Source: Patescibacteria group bacterium
GTDB lineage: Bacteria; Patescibacteriota; Patescibacteriia; UBA10025; JAHIVO01
NCBI GenBank assembly: GCA_041660605.1
Contig: JBAZWB010000001.1
Location: forward strand, 73,295-137,294
DNA: 64,000 nt
Reading direction: 5' to 3'
How positions within the stretch are numbered: position 1 is the first letter of the stretch; each line of letters opens with the position of its first letter. Positions 41,301 to 50,699 of this stretch are shown here, one piece after another. The position numbers were made by a program, and so were the translations under genes. The notes under the pieces were generated by a model. It saw only the letters and a list, made by a program, of their open reading frames with translations, had not been told where the DNA came from and did no database searches.

Positions 41301-44300
41301 CTTTATTCGGAAACAAATATAAATACGGAAGCTGGCGGAGAAACCAGCATGACGCTTGACGCAATTTCAAACGGCGCCTGGACCAGTGAAGCGCCGGCAC
41401 CGGTGACCATCGGAGCGGGCAGCTCAATAATTTATGGCGGCACCAACACGTTGTATACGTTGCGTGCGGCAAATCCGGGGACTCTTTATAAATATAACAC
41501 GGCAACCAAAATTTATACCACATTAACTGGTTATGGCTCACAGGTCAGCGCCGGTTCGAGCATGGTCTATGTGCCAGTTGGAGTGACTGATGGATGTACG
41601 GATATACTTGGATGCATATTTGCCACCCGAGGTGGCAGTCAGACGACTTTTCAGCGTTTTGACCCGTCTACCGGCGCGACCGGCACCTGGAGCGCCTTAA
41701 CTGCCCTGACTCTGGGTTCAGGGGCAGGCAGCTCATTAGCCTATGATAATAATGACACTATTTATTACCATGCTGGCTATGTTTCTCCATATAATAAATT
41801 TTATAAATACACCATTTCCACCGGCGAATGGTCTGCTCTTTCTGACACTCCCCAGTTGGTAACGACTGGCGGAACCATGTCTTTTGTGCCGCAGGGTGAT
41901 TATTGCGCAGCTGACGGCGGTTGTATCTATATGACCAGGGGTAATACGGATGTTGAGCTGATGCAATATACGGCCAGCGGCGGCTGGGTTTATAAAGCCA
42001 ACGCGCCAGCCACATTCGGCGATGGCGCGTCGACGCGTTATGGCAATGATGGATATATTTATTTGCTCAGGGGCAATTATGCCAATGATTTTTATCGCTA
42101 TGATGTTTTGAATGATCAATGGGAATCAATGCCTGATACGCCCACCATGATTTACCAGGGGAGCGAACAGGGACTTGGCTTTGATCCTGTAAACCGGATA
42201 TTGTATGCCTATCGCGGGTATAGTGAATATTCTTTATTTGCCTATTATCTGGAGCGGGGCGATTGGCGCCGGACGAGGAGTATTCCCAATTATTATTCAT
42301 CAAATGGTTTTGAATACGGATCCGTAGCCTATGATGGCGACGCGGACATTCTTTATGTTATCCGCGGACAACAGCAGACGTCCGGCATCACTGGCGGTCC
42401 GGTGGATTTTTGGGCGTATGAATTATCCACGAACACTTGGACGAAAAAAGCTAATGTACCGCATGCTGTTTGGGGAGGCGGCGACCTGGTTTATGTTAAT
42501 CACTCTGACGCAGCTTATGATGGCCTTTATTATTTAGTCGGCAATGAATCTCTGGCTGATCAGGTAGGTTATTTTTACCGTTATAATATATTATCAGATA
42601 CCTGGATCCGTTTGCCGAATACGCCGGCTGAACCCGGGCAGGGTGCGACAATGGTGTGGGACGGGACCAATACTTTGTACGCTTCCCAGGGCGGTTCAAC
42701 CACCTATTGGAAATACACAATTGATGACGGAGCTGGCGAGGGGACATGGGCGGCCGTAGCGGAAACCGTCCCGGCTGCACCAGGTGATGGCGCTTGTGCT
42801 GTGAAAGTTTCCGTAGGGGATCCGGCAGTTGACTACATCTATCTCGTGCAATCCGGCAATACCCAGCAGATTTTCAGGTTTAGAATTTCCACGGAAGACT
42901 GGCAGGATGTATTGCCTGACCACACAGAGGGCAATTTGCGCTATGCCAGGGCTTGCGCTCCGGATGGCCAGGGTAATATTTTGATTCCCAAAGGCAACAG
43001 CACCACATCGATGTATGTTTTCAATACAAATACATCCACCTGGGGCACAACCAGGAGCACGCTTTCGTATTATTCTGAAGGAGATATGGCAAAAACTGAC
43101 GAGAACGTTATTTTAGGCTTCAGTGGCTTGGATACCAGTGCTATGGACAGATATGTTGTGGCTGTTTCCGGCGAAACCGGATTTGCCCAGACTGGCACTT
43201 GGACATCGGGCATTACTGATTTCGGCGCCGGGCTATATGGTTATGATGGCTTGAAAGTTAATGTTACAGACGCAACCAACACTACGGTGGACATTGAAAC
43301 CCGGACCTGCAGTGATGACGGTTGTAGTGATGATTTAAATGATGCTCATTGGGAGGCATGGACGGAGGTTGCCGATGCGCGTCAGTACGGCAGTACTGAT
43401 TACTATCATATTGCTTCAACACCAGCGCGTTATGCCCAGGTCAGGATTAGCATAACTTCCGATCAGTTATATACGCCGACTATTAATGATATCACTTGGA
43501 ATTATTATACTGACGGCACCGCTCCTAGCAATCCAGCGTCGGTAGACGGCTATACTGACAGCGGTATGGGTACGGGCATTAATGACGATACCTGGACCAA
43601 TGATGCCACGCCTTACTTTAACTGGACGGCTTCTGATAATGCCGGCGGCATCGGGATTGACGGTTTCTATGTGTACTTCGGCAATGATGGCACTAAAGAC
43701 CCGGTAGATGACGCTGCTGATCCCACTAATCTCGCCTATGCCAGCGGTACTAATTATTATAGCGCGGTCAGCGGCACCAATGGTTCTTGGAATGCGACAA
43801 CGCAGTCAGCGGCCGCGCTCACTTCAGATGAGTATTATCTTAAAATCCGCACTAAGGACCGCAATGACAATATCGCCGTTTCCAGCGATACGCTTTTTAC
43901 TTTTAAACTGGATATTTTAGCGCCTACACGCCCGGCCAGCAGTGGATTCACGGTGACACCTTCTAGCTGGACTTCCAATAATAGCTTTAGCTTTACCTGG
44001 GCGGCAGCGGCTGATACGGGCGGTTCGGGCATTCAGGAGTATTGTTATTATGTTAATGATGTGTTAATTGATTGCACTTCCGAACTCACCGTCTCGGGCA
44101 TCACTGCCCCGCAAACCAGGGAAAATACATTTTGCGTGTACACCAAAGATAACGCTGAAAACACTTCTTCAAGTTGCCGTGAGAAATCATTTTATTACGC
44201 CGGTGATGCGCCATCCGCGCCAGGCGTGATAACGGTTGATCCGGTGACTAGCGAGTTAGATCCGCTGGAAGACGTAAATCAGTTCTCTTTTAACTGGGAT

Positions 44301-47126
44301 CTCCCCAGTACCTGCCTGGGCTCAGCTGCCGGAGAATGTTCGGCTGATGATATCGACCGGTATTGCTATACTTTTAATGACGATTTACCGTCAGCCGGAA
44401 ATTGCGGTACGAACATTAATGGCACTGCCACGCCCTCGCCGGATGGCGGCTGGACGACTGACACACAAACCTCCCAGCGCTCTTTGCTGTCGTTTTCCGC
44501 GGCCAGCCAGCAGGGCCTGAATACTATCCATATCGTAGCCGCTGACCTGATCGGCAATATTGATTATGATAATTATACTTCAGCCAGTTTTTATTTCACT
44601 TCCAACGCGCCCGGAGTGCCGACCAGCGCTACAGCCACTGACACGTCTGATCGCGCTACCCAGAAATATTCAGTGGTGTTGACCTGGGACGAACCGGAGG
44701 ACTTAGGGAGCGGCGTCGATGGTTATAAAATTTATCGTTGTGAAGCTGATTGCGAGAGCCCATCGGCGGTTGATGATCCGCCGGCAAATTATACGAATAT
44801 TGCCACAGTTAATACACTTGGATACTTAGATACCAGCCTGGACAATACTATTACTTATAGTTATTTCATACGATCCGCCGGCACTGGCAATACGCAGTCA
44901 GGCAATTCCTCGGTACTCCAGATAAAGCCTGAAGGTAAGTTTAAATTCGCCCCGCTAATGAGCGGCCAGCCGACAGTGACCCCCTATATCCGTTCGGCGA
45001 TTATCGAATGGTTGACCTTGGATGACCAGGATCAATACGGCAATATCGTCAGTCATCCGGCTTCCTCGTATATTGAATACGGTGAGACTACGGGATATGG
45101 CAGCGAGGCAGGATCACCGGAAATGGCCAGCGAGCATTCCGTTACTTTGACTAATTTACAGCCTGACACGACCTACCATTATAGGGCCCGCTGGGAAGAC
45201 CAGGATAGCAATAAGGAATATTCAAGTGATTTTACCTTCGCTACTAAGGGCGCACCTTCTGCCCCGATAAATCTTGCGGTTGATCCGGAGACTAATACTG
45301 AAAACAGCTATACCTTTGCCTGGGAGGCGCCGCAGGACGAGGGCGTGACCGTGGCCGGTTATTATTATACTATTAATAATCTTCCAAATACGAACAATGT
45401 TACATACACCGAAGAGACTTCTGTAGGCCCGATTGACGCCGCTACCCAGCAGGGAAAGAATACGTTCTACGTTTTGGCGGTTGATGACGGAGGCAATTTA
45501 AGCTATGAAAATTATGCAGCAATTGAATTTGAAGCTAATACTTCGCCTCCAGGCTCTCCTCAAGCCGTAACCATTACGGATTCGTCAGACCGCGACGCTA
45601 AACGCTATTCCATAACCATTACCTGGGATCCGCCGGAGGGTTATACTATTGATGATGAGATTTATTATACAATCAGCCGCCGTGTCGCCGAGGCCGGGGC
45701 AGCTTCTGCCGCGAGTTTGCATTCAGCGACGGAAGGTGAGGACGCCGAGGGATTTGAGGAAATAGCGACTATTACTTCAACCGGTTATCTTGATACTGGG
45801 CTTGATAGCTCAACAGAATATTTTTATAAAATCACCGCCAGAGACAAAGCACAGGCTACTTCTGATTCTACGGATATTATTTCGGAAGTACCAGAAGGAC
45901 GCTTTACCCAGCCGCCGGCGATTACCGAAGCTCCAGTGGTGGCTCCTGACTCATATTCAGCTAAAGTCACCTGGCGTACGGAGCGCATAGCTTCCTCGTT
46001 CGTTGACTTCGGCACCAGCGCCAGCGATTTGAGCGAAGAGCAGGGTACCGCTGATCTGAAAGAACAGCATGAAGTGGAGGTTACCGGCCTTAAAGCAGAA
46101 ACCACCTATTATTACCGGGTAAAAAGCATTGACGTGGACGAAAATGAAGCACACTCAGAGGTAGGATCATTTAAGACTCTGGAAGCGCCGCGCGTCATGG
46201 ACCTGAAAATTTCCGATATCAGGCTTTATGACGCCATGATCAGCTGGGATACCAACAAAGAAACAACGGCGATAATTCAGTACGGCACCTCAGCGAATTA
46301 CGGCCTGACCTATACTGATGTTTCCGGATCATACGCCCTGACCCATACGGTTAAGCTTGAGAGCCTGAAAGACGAGGCAACTTATCATTTGCGCATTGCC
46401 GGCCAGGATCGGTCGGGCAATATGGTCACTTCGGATGATTACGTATTTACTACCCTGACATTTCCGGAGGTGACTGATGTTTCATATCAGAATAAATCAG
46501 AGGGGCAATCAGAAATTTTTTGGAAAACCAATGTCCCCACTACTTCGGAAGTTGAATACTACAGCGAGAATATCGCGCCAAAGACCCAGGGCAATACAGC
46601 CATGGTAAAAGAGCACTCCATACTGCTGTATGGATTGGAAGACGCCACCCGGTATTTATTCAAAGTCAGAGGCTCTGATGAATTCGGCTATGAGGCGCTA
46701 TCGGAGGAGAATGAATTTACCACCCTGGAGGATACCACGCCGCCGGAAGTATACGGCGTGCAGTCGGAGTCAAATACCATCGGTTCAGGTGAGTCCTCAA
46801 AAATTCAGATAGTCGTTTCCTGGAAAACAAACGAACCGACCACTTCGCAGGTTGATTACGGAGTCGGCATGGGGTCCACGGATTTTACTGATCAGACCGA
46901 AGAAAATGCCGAACTGGTGATGGATCATCTGGTGATAATACCCGATCTGGTACCGGCCAAAACCTACCATTTCCGGGTGGTCTCCCGCGATAAGGCCGGC
47001 AATCTCACCAAATCCGGATCGCACACCGTCCTGACTTCCAGGAAAAGGGAATCGTTCCTGCAGCTGATTATTACTAATTTAGAGACAACTTTTTCCTGGC
47101 TGGGTAATATTGGGAATGCGTTTTGA
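38325..47126 (+). CDS. Giant membrane-anchored extracellular protein (2933 aa): N-terminal TM anchor, multiple Kelch-like/galactose-oxidase-type beta-propeller arrays, two discoidin/jelly-roll-like modules, C-terminal run of five or more Fn3 / purple-acid-phosphatase-N-like domains
   Basis: TTG start; basic N-terminus then the VIVVLLVLFFGALSSFL helix. Dozens of DG(T/F/Y)(L/I)Y..GG....RYD..T..W blades. Repeated YAQ(I/V)R(V/I)(T/S)(L/I)TSD modules. Five homologous 85-aa repeats ending in TYHYRAR/TYYYRVK/TYHLRIA/TYHFRVV. Confidence 0.85.
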   Translation: MQQYFWPKKPVSKLKKIKNNKKLAKNRGIYNRQFHIERPRPTRLGVFFEKLRQKLRLYKPVIVVLLVLFFGALSSFLYDKFALADSDHLTLTSETDWQAGEYYPNQLSMPVVDQGTGDASLQMAAGGVGSFDPATIAFPEQTRGRFDLAQEPTDYGADLTTDGTYLYMIIGGKQPDFFRYNPETNTWKTLADAPTSFDYGSAITYYDGFIYAIVSHHDGTYSTDDSAHLLKYDILNDTWSWLEDALGPWGRGADIEAASNGKLYAVEGEGEMAFWVFDTATGHWSNTIQQSPDLMPTYSVHSLVFSDVSVGADPVYCEGGCIYALVANSRQFNRYDIGRNEWTTGFNDVPAAIGNFTTGGAVGFDSTNDDIYIFRGGSITGGVDGVFVRYDIGSPGTWDVAQTTTQNPRRTTNYGASLVYLDGYIYSTWGGALPGIGRFTVGNGTNGSWDSIDSQIAMGTNADGLIVYVDGGTADCADASGCLFVAQGGGTAFRRYDISTRAWTAASGAGSLTTITAALGQGASMCYDGSNNIYIARGGAQNQVYEYSISGNAHTTLSIPAAAVADEGASITCFGNGNFYLLSGNNSQNIYHYCDDGADPADPACDGWQTNETIPSLAVFWGGALANDGTYVYALAGNQRGNFHRYEPGADTWASYPTIPDMPTASYYTTTMEFDGDDALYVIPGQYDKTMWRYDITGQAWSRAVDLPHRFGYSHGLALDNDNDLIYVLSGGAPNTSSTTIYKFNTESHDYIPTATWISEPLDLDFVSAWETFSATHPTDGTSSISFDIRSSDDGVSWTDWENIVNASQAESTNSLNISAISTPENRYAQIRVTLTSDNTNTPALEDISLYYTKDSTDPANPAAAGYDTSDKVTTLASGTTYFYSNPYFELSGATDTGGSGVVGYYVALVTAADSAFDPSTSEDYYQTGATYQTTADRNGNSIVDGTYYLKVATKDRAGNISSAQSLFTYVYNGIDAAATKVWTDKASFEESLYSETNINTEAGGETSMTLDAISNGAWTSEAPAPVTIGAGSSIIYGGTNTLYTLRAANPGTLYKYNTATKIYTTLTGYGSQVSAGSSMVYVPVGVTDGCTDILGCIFATRGGSQTTFQRFDPSTGATGTWSALTALTLGSGAGSSLAYDNNDTIYYHAGYVSPYNKFYKYTISTGEWSALSDTPQLVTTGGTMSFVPQGDYCAADGGCIYMTRGNTDVELMQYTASGGWVYKANAPATFGDGASTRYGNDGYIYLLRGNYANDFYRYDVLNDQWESMPDTPTMIYQGSEQGLGFDPVNRILYAYRGYSEYSLFAYYLERGDWRRTRSIPNYYSSNGFEYGSVAYDGDADILYVIRGQQQTSGITGGPVDFWAYELSTNTWTKKANVPHAVWGGGDLVYVNHSDAAYDGLYYLVGNESLADQVGYFYRYNILSDTWIRLPNTPAEPGQGATMVWDGTNTLYASQGGSTTYWKYTIDDGAGEGTWAAVAETVPAAPGDGACAVKVSVGDPAVDYIYLVQSGNTQQIFRFRISTEDWQDVLPDHTEGNLRYARACAPDGQGNILIPKGNSTTSMYVFNTNTSTWGTTRSTLSYYSEGDMAKTDENVILGFSGLDTSAMDRYVVAVSGETGFAQTGTWTSGITDFGAGLYGYDGLKVNVTDATNTTVDIETRTCSDDGCSDDLNDAHWEAWTEVADARQYGSTDYYHIASTPARYAQVRISITSDQLYTPTINDITWNYYTDGTAPSNPASVDGYTDSGMGTGINDDTWTNDATPYFNWTASDNAGGIGIDGFYVYFGNDGTKDPVDDAADPTNLAYASGTNYYSAVSGTNGSWNATTQSAAALTSDEYYLKIRTKDRNDNIAVSSDTLFTFKLDILAPTRPASSGFTVTPSSWTSNNSFSFTWAAAADTGGSGIQEYCYYVNDVLIDCTSELTVSGITAPQTRENTFCVYTKDNAENTSSSCREKSFYYAGDAPSAPGVITVDPVTSELDPLEDVNQFSFNWDLPSTCLGSAAGECSADDIDRYCYTFNDDLPSAGNCGTNINGTATPSPDGGWTTDTQTSQRSLLSFSAASQQGLNTIHIVAADLIGNIDYDNYTSASFYFTSNAPGVPTSATATDTSDRATQKYSVVLTWDEPEDLGSGVDGYKIYRCEADCESPSAVDDPPANYTNIATVNTLGYLDTSLDNTITYSYFIRSAGTGNTQSGNSSVLQIKPEGKFKFAPLMSGQPTVTPYIRSAIIEWLTLDDQDQYGNIVSHPASSYIEYGETTGYGSEAGSPEMASEHSVTLTNLQPDTTYHYRARWEDQDSNKEYSSDFTFATKGAPSAPINLAVDPETNTENSYTFAWEAPQDEGVTVAGYYYTINNLPNTNNVTYTEETSVGPIDAATQQGKNTFYVLAVDDGGNLSYENYAAIEFEANTSPPGSPQAVTITDSSDRDAKRYSITITWDPPEGYTIDDEIYYTISRRVAEAGAASAASLHSATEGEDAEGFEEIATITSTGYLDTGLDSSTEYFYKITARDKAQATSDSTDIISEVPEGRFTQPPAITEAPVVAPDSYSAKVTWRTERIASSFVDFGTSASDLSEEQGTADLKEQHEVEVTGLKAETTYYYRVKSIDVDENEAHSEVGSFKTLEAPRVMDLKISDIRLYDAMISWDTNKETTAIIQYGTSANYGLTYTDVSGSYALTHTVKLESLKDEATYHLRIAGQDRSGNMVTSDDYVFTTLTFPEVTDVSYQNKSEGQSEIFWKTNVPTTSEVEYYSENIAPKTQGNTAMVKEHSILLYGLEDATRYLFKVRGSDEFGYEALSEENEFTTLEDTTPPEVYGVQSESNTIGSGESSKIQIVVSWKTNEPTTSQVDYGVGMGSTDFTDQTEENAELVMDHLVIIPDLVPAKTYHFRVVSRDKAGNLTKSGSHTVLTSRKRESFLQLIITNLETTFSWLGNIGNAF

Positions 47127-47242
47127 TAATTTATTCGTAAAAGATACGCAATAAATCAAAAAATTCAGCCTGAAATTTGGCGAAAATTACTGATTTATGG
47201 TATAATATTGCGCATAAAGGACATAAAACATAATAAAATTTC

Positions 47243-48076
47243 ATGCCAGAGAAAAAAAGTCGGGATAAGAGTTTGATAGATAAAAAAAGTGAGGCGACGG
47301 CTGTTAAATCATCCGGGGCGAATGAGAATCCGACAATTTCGGAAATTGGATCGCAGGCTGCGGCAGCACCCAAGGAAAAAGCCGTCATAGAAATTAAAAA
47401 CGCAGAAAAGACATTCAGTGTCGGCAGAAACGTTATTAATGTTCTTAAGAATATTAATGTTACCATCAGACAGGGAGAGTTTATCGTAATTTTGGGCCCC
47501 TCTGGCAGCGGCAAGTCGACTTTATTAAATGTCATGCTGGGTCTGGAGCCGCCGACTAAGGGCACGGTGGCAATCGAAGGAGTTGATATTACACATAAAA
47601 AGCCAAATCAAATCGCGAAAATACGTTATAAAGCTTATGGGATAGTATTCCAGCGGCCGGAATGGATTCGCTCTCTTTCGGTCTTGCAAAATGTCGCCCT
47701 GCCATTGGCCATAAACGGTATTAGTAAAAATGAAAGGGAGAAAAAAGCCCTGGAAAAACTAAAAATAGTGGGAATGGATGACCATAGCAGCTATTTCCCC
47801 ATGGAATTATCCGGCGGACAGCAGCAGAAAGTGACCATGGCCCGCGCTCTGATAAATGACGCGAATATTGTGGTAGCTGACGAGCCGACGGGGAATCTGG
47901 ACAGCAAATCAGCGGAAAAAATGATGGATCTTCTCAAATCGCTGAATGAAGAAGAAAAAAAAACCGTTTTAATGGTTACGCATAATATTGATTATGTGCG
48001 ATACGCCTCACGCACAGTCTATATTCGTGACGGACGGGTAATAGAAGGCAGCGAGCAATTCTTACAAGGCATGTAA
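47243..48076 (+). CDS. ABC transporter ATP-binding protein (MacB/LolD/FtsE-like)
   Basis: Walker A GPSGSGKST, signature LSGGQQQKV, Walker B IVVADEPTGNLD. 50-aa low-complexity N-terminal extension. Extended -10 TGgTATAAT about 40 nt upstream. Confidence 0.9.
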   Translation: MPEKKSRDKSLIDKKSEATAVKSSGANENPTISEIGSQAAAAPKEKAVIEIKNAEKTFSVGRNVINVLKNINVTIRQGEFIVILGPSGSGKSTLLNVMLGLEPPTKGTVAIEGVDITHKKPNQIAKIRYKAYGIVFQRPEWIRSLSVLQNVALPLAINGISKNEREKKALEKLKIVGMDDHSSYFPMELSGGQQQKVTMARALINDANIVVADEPTGNLDSKSAEKMMDLLKSLNEEEKKTVLMVTHNIDYVRYASRTVYIRDGRVIEGSEQFLQGM

Positions 48077-48085
48077 ATTTTTCTT

Positions 48086-49336
48086 ATGAAGCTTAGTTAT
48101 ACATTTTTCCTTTCCGGCTCAAATCTGCGCCGTAGAAAATTACGCAGTTTTTTAACAATCGGCGGCATGGCGGTGGGTATTTCATTGATTGTTTTTTTGG
48201 TTTCCATCGGATTTGGTCTGCAGAGACTGATCAGAGGCCAGATCGCCAATGTGGAAGCGCTGACTATACTGGATGTTTCAAGGGGTGAATCAACCCTGCT
48301 GGAGCTGAACGATAAGGTGCTGGATGAATTCAAGAATATTGACAATGTTAATGACGTCGCGCCTTCTTTGAGCTTATCGGGCCAGCTGGCCAAAGCGGAA
48401 TCAGTAACCGACGCGGCCATTTACGGCATTGACCCTAAATTCTTATCAATGGAAGGGATTCGCTTGGCTTTTGGCGACGGTTTCAGTTTTCAGGATGCCC
48501 AGGAAATAATTGTTTCAGCCACCGCGTTGAATTTAATTGGTATGGCGAATTTTGAGCAGGAAATAGGATCAGACCTGACCCTCAAGGTGCTGGTACCGCA
48601 AAAGATTGTCGGTTCGCAGGAAGAAGAGCTGATATCAAAAGAAATAAAAGTTAAAATTGTCGGTGTTATAGTTGACGACAGTGAACTTAGCATCGCTTAT
48701 GTGCCAATGGATTTTTTAACGAGCTTGGGATTCACTCCTGATTACAGCCAGGCAAAAGTAAAAGTTTCCGATAAGCAGATAAAAGATTATACCACGGCGC
48801 GCATCAAGGTTGAGGACGAGTCCAAACTGCCGGAAGTGCGCCAGAAAATTGAAGCCATGGGCTATCAGGTTGACTCGGTGGCTGACACTGTCGGCCAGAT
48901 TGATAAGATTTTCGTAGTTTTCGAGATAGTGGCGGCGGGTTTCGGAGCGATCGCGATGTTTGTAGCCGCTATTGGTTCGCTTAATACGCTGACTGTTTCA
49001 TTATTGGAAAGAACGAGGGAAATTGGTTTAATGAAAACTTTGGGCGCCACTTCCGGCGATATTTTGAGATTATTTCTGGTGGAATCCATACTTATCGGCC
49101 TGACCGGCGGTCTGATAGGGATCGGCCTGGGTTATGGCCTGGGCAGACTGGTGAATTTCGGCATCAATTATTTGGCCAACCGGTTGGGCGGCGAAGAAGT
49201 GAATATTTTTTATACGCCGCTTTTGTTTTTAGGCGTGGTTTTAGGCATAATTGTTTTCGTCAGCATAATTACCGGCGTTTATCCGGCCAGACGGGCCGCT
49301 AAGATCAACGCCCTGGACGCCTTAAGATATGAATAG
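48086..49336 (+). CDS. ABC transporter permease, FtsX/MacB-like (4 TM helices plus a large periplasmic domain)
   Basis: N-terminal TM, long extracytoplasmic region, C-terminal 3 TM helices with the conserved FtsX-family layout. Confidence 0.8.
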   Translation: MKLSYTFFLSGSNLRRRKLRSFLTIGGMAVGISLIVFLVSIGFGLQRLIRGQIANVEALTILDVSRGESTLLELNDKVLDEFKNIDNVNDVAPSLSLSGQLAKAESVTDAAIYGIDPKFLSMEGIRLAFGDGFSFQDAQEIIVSATALNLIGMANFEQEIGSDLTLKVLVPQKIVGSQEEELISKEIKVKIVGVIVDDSELSIAYVPMDFLTSLGFTPDYSQAKVKVSDKQIKDYTTARIKVEDESKLPEVRQKIEAMGYQVDSVADTVGQIDKIFVVFEIVAAGFGAIAMFVAAIGSLNTLTVSLLERTREIGLMKTLGATSGDILRLFLVESILIGLTGGLIGIGLGYGLGRLVNFGINYLANRLGGEEVNIFYTPLLFLGVVLGIIVFVSIITGVYPARRAAKINALDALRYE

Positions 49337-50006
49337 AAATATGAGCGAAAAAAATAATTATTATTTAAGGAAAAAAAGGAGAGTAATCGGCGATATTATT
49401 CAGGCAGCGGAAGTAAAAAATGAAAAAGCCTGGGTGGCCATACATAAATCATCCAAAAATGAGATGGCTACTTATGAAAGCCAGGGATTGATAGTTTCCA
49501 TCAATGGCAGCGGTACTCTGAATACCAGCCACCCTGATTGCCTGGAAGCCAGCCGTTTAGCTGATTATATTGCCAGACAAGGTGGTATAATAATGAATGG
49601 AGGCAGATCTTCGGGGATTATGGAAGCCTCATCAAAAATGGCAGGCAAGAACAGTCTGGGGATCATTTTTCCGGAAATCAAGAAAGAAATAAACTCTTAC
49701 GGCGAGAAAGCAATAGTGAATTCCCCGCAACCGCGGAATGAACTGCTGGCGACCTGCGCTCCGGCCATAGTCATATTTCGCGGCGGACTGGGAACGCTGA
49801 TGGTGCTCTTGCGCTCAATTGTCCACGTCAAGGACATGAAATACCATCCCTTGCAGCTGCCCCAGATAATTTTCGTCAGTAATTACTGGATCGGACTTTT
49901 GACCGCTTTGCTGAATATGGGCACGCTGCCGCGTGAATTCCTGGTAACGCTGAATTTTTTTGATAAAGCTGAGCAAGTTATAGAGAAATTACCCGCTATA
50001 AAATAA
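49329..50006 (+). CDS. LOG/SLOG-like Rossmann-fold protein (TIGR00730/DprA-like nucleotide-binding family)
   Basis: GGxxGxMEA N-terminal glycine motif and C-terminal IFRGGLGTLMVLL (PGGxGT-like). 8-nt overlap with the permease gene. Confidence 0.6.
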   Translation: MNRNMSEKNNYYLRKKRRVIGDIIQAAEVKNEKAWVAIHKSSKNEMATYESQGLIVSINGSGTLNTSHPDCLEASRLADYIARQGGIIMNGGRSSGIMEASSKMAGKNSLGIIFPEIKKEINSYGEKAIVNSPQPRNELLATCAPAIVIFRGGLGTLMVLLRSIVHVKDMKYHPLQLPQIIFVSNYWIGLLTALLNMGTLPREFLVTLNFFDKAEQVIEKLPAIK

Positions 50007-50011
50007 ATAAA

Positions 50012-50467
50012 ATGAAAAACACTAAAAAAATTATTCTAATAGTTGCGCTGATTATTATCCTGGCCATTATCGGAGGAATTTATTTTTTTCTGACCAGAGT
50101 GAAGGATGTAAATGTGAATACAAGCGCCCAGGCTAATATTAATTCTGCAACTAACAATGCAAATATTGAAACCAATGAAAATGTTAATCAGCCTCCAACC
50201 CTGAATACCAACCAGGAAATAGAAGTATCGGGTAAGATTCTGGTAAAAGGATATGATACGCCAAGTGAATCTTACGGAATTTTTACCACAGACAGGCTTG
50301 AAATCGGACTGGGCAAGTATGATTCCATGAAAGAGCAGTTCCGCCAGTACATCGGGGAAAATATTAAGGTCAATTTCAGCAGCGTCTGCCGCAGCGGCAT
50401 AGAGGATTGCTGCCGTACCCTGTTTTATTACTGCGGAACCGTGAAATCCTGGGAACCATTAGAATAA
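50012..50467 (+). CDS. Small N-terminally anchored extracytoplasmic protein with an Asn-rich linker and a 4-Cys C-terminal domain
   Basis: MKNTKKIILIVALIIILAIIGGIYFFL signal anchor and a CRSGIEDCC..YYC cluster. Confidence 0.45.
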   Translation: MKNTKKIILIVALIIILAIIGGIYFFLTRVKDVNVNTSAQANINSATNNANIETNENVNQPPTLNTNQEIEVSGKILVKGYDTPSESYGIFTTDRLEIGLGKYDSMKEQFRQYIGENIKVNFSSVCRSGIEDCCRTLFYYCGTVKSWEPLE

Positions 50468-50472
50468 AAATT

Positions 50473-50691
50473 ATGCCAGAAGAGCAAAAAGAATTCATTT
50501 CGCAGGTTTCCCACAGCTTAAAAGGCCCGCTGACCACCATGCATCTGTATTCTGAAGCGCTTTTGTCCGGCAGTGTGGGCAAGCTGACGGATGAGCAGAA
50601 GGAATACGTCAACGAAATTCACCAGGCCAGCCAAAAAATGGTAAAAATGGTGAATGACTTGGCAGGCGAAGCAAAGAAAAAATTAGAATAA
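50473..50691 (+). CDS. Stand-alone DHp (HisKA) domain protein, 72 aa, with no kinase ATPase domain
   Basis: EFISQVSHSLKGPLTTMHLYSEALL is a canonical H-box (SHELRTPLT-like), followed by a second helix. The ORF-track entry 50407.. is an upstream extension overlapping the previous gene. Confidence 0.5.
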   Translation: MPEEQKEFISQVSHSLKGPLTTMHLYSEALLSGSVGKLTDEQKEYVNEIHQASQKMVKMVNDLAGEAKKKLE

Positions 50692-50699
50692 AAAATAGT

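Noticed and set aside
50407-50472. Upstream extension of the DHp-domain ORF that overlaps the preceding gene
   Set aside because: The extension (MLPYPVLLLRNREILGTIRIKI) overlaps the 50012..50467 gene out of frame. The internal ATG at 50473 sits right after that gene's stop codon and begins the recognisable DHp sequence.
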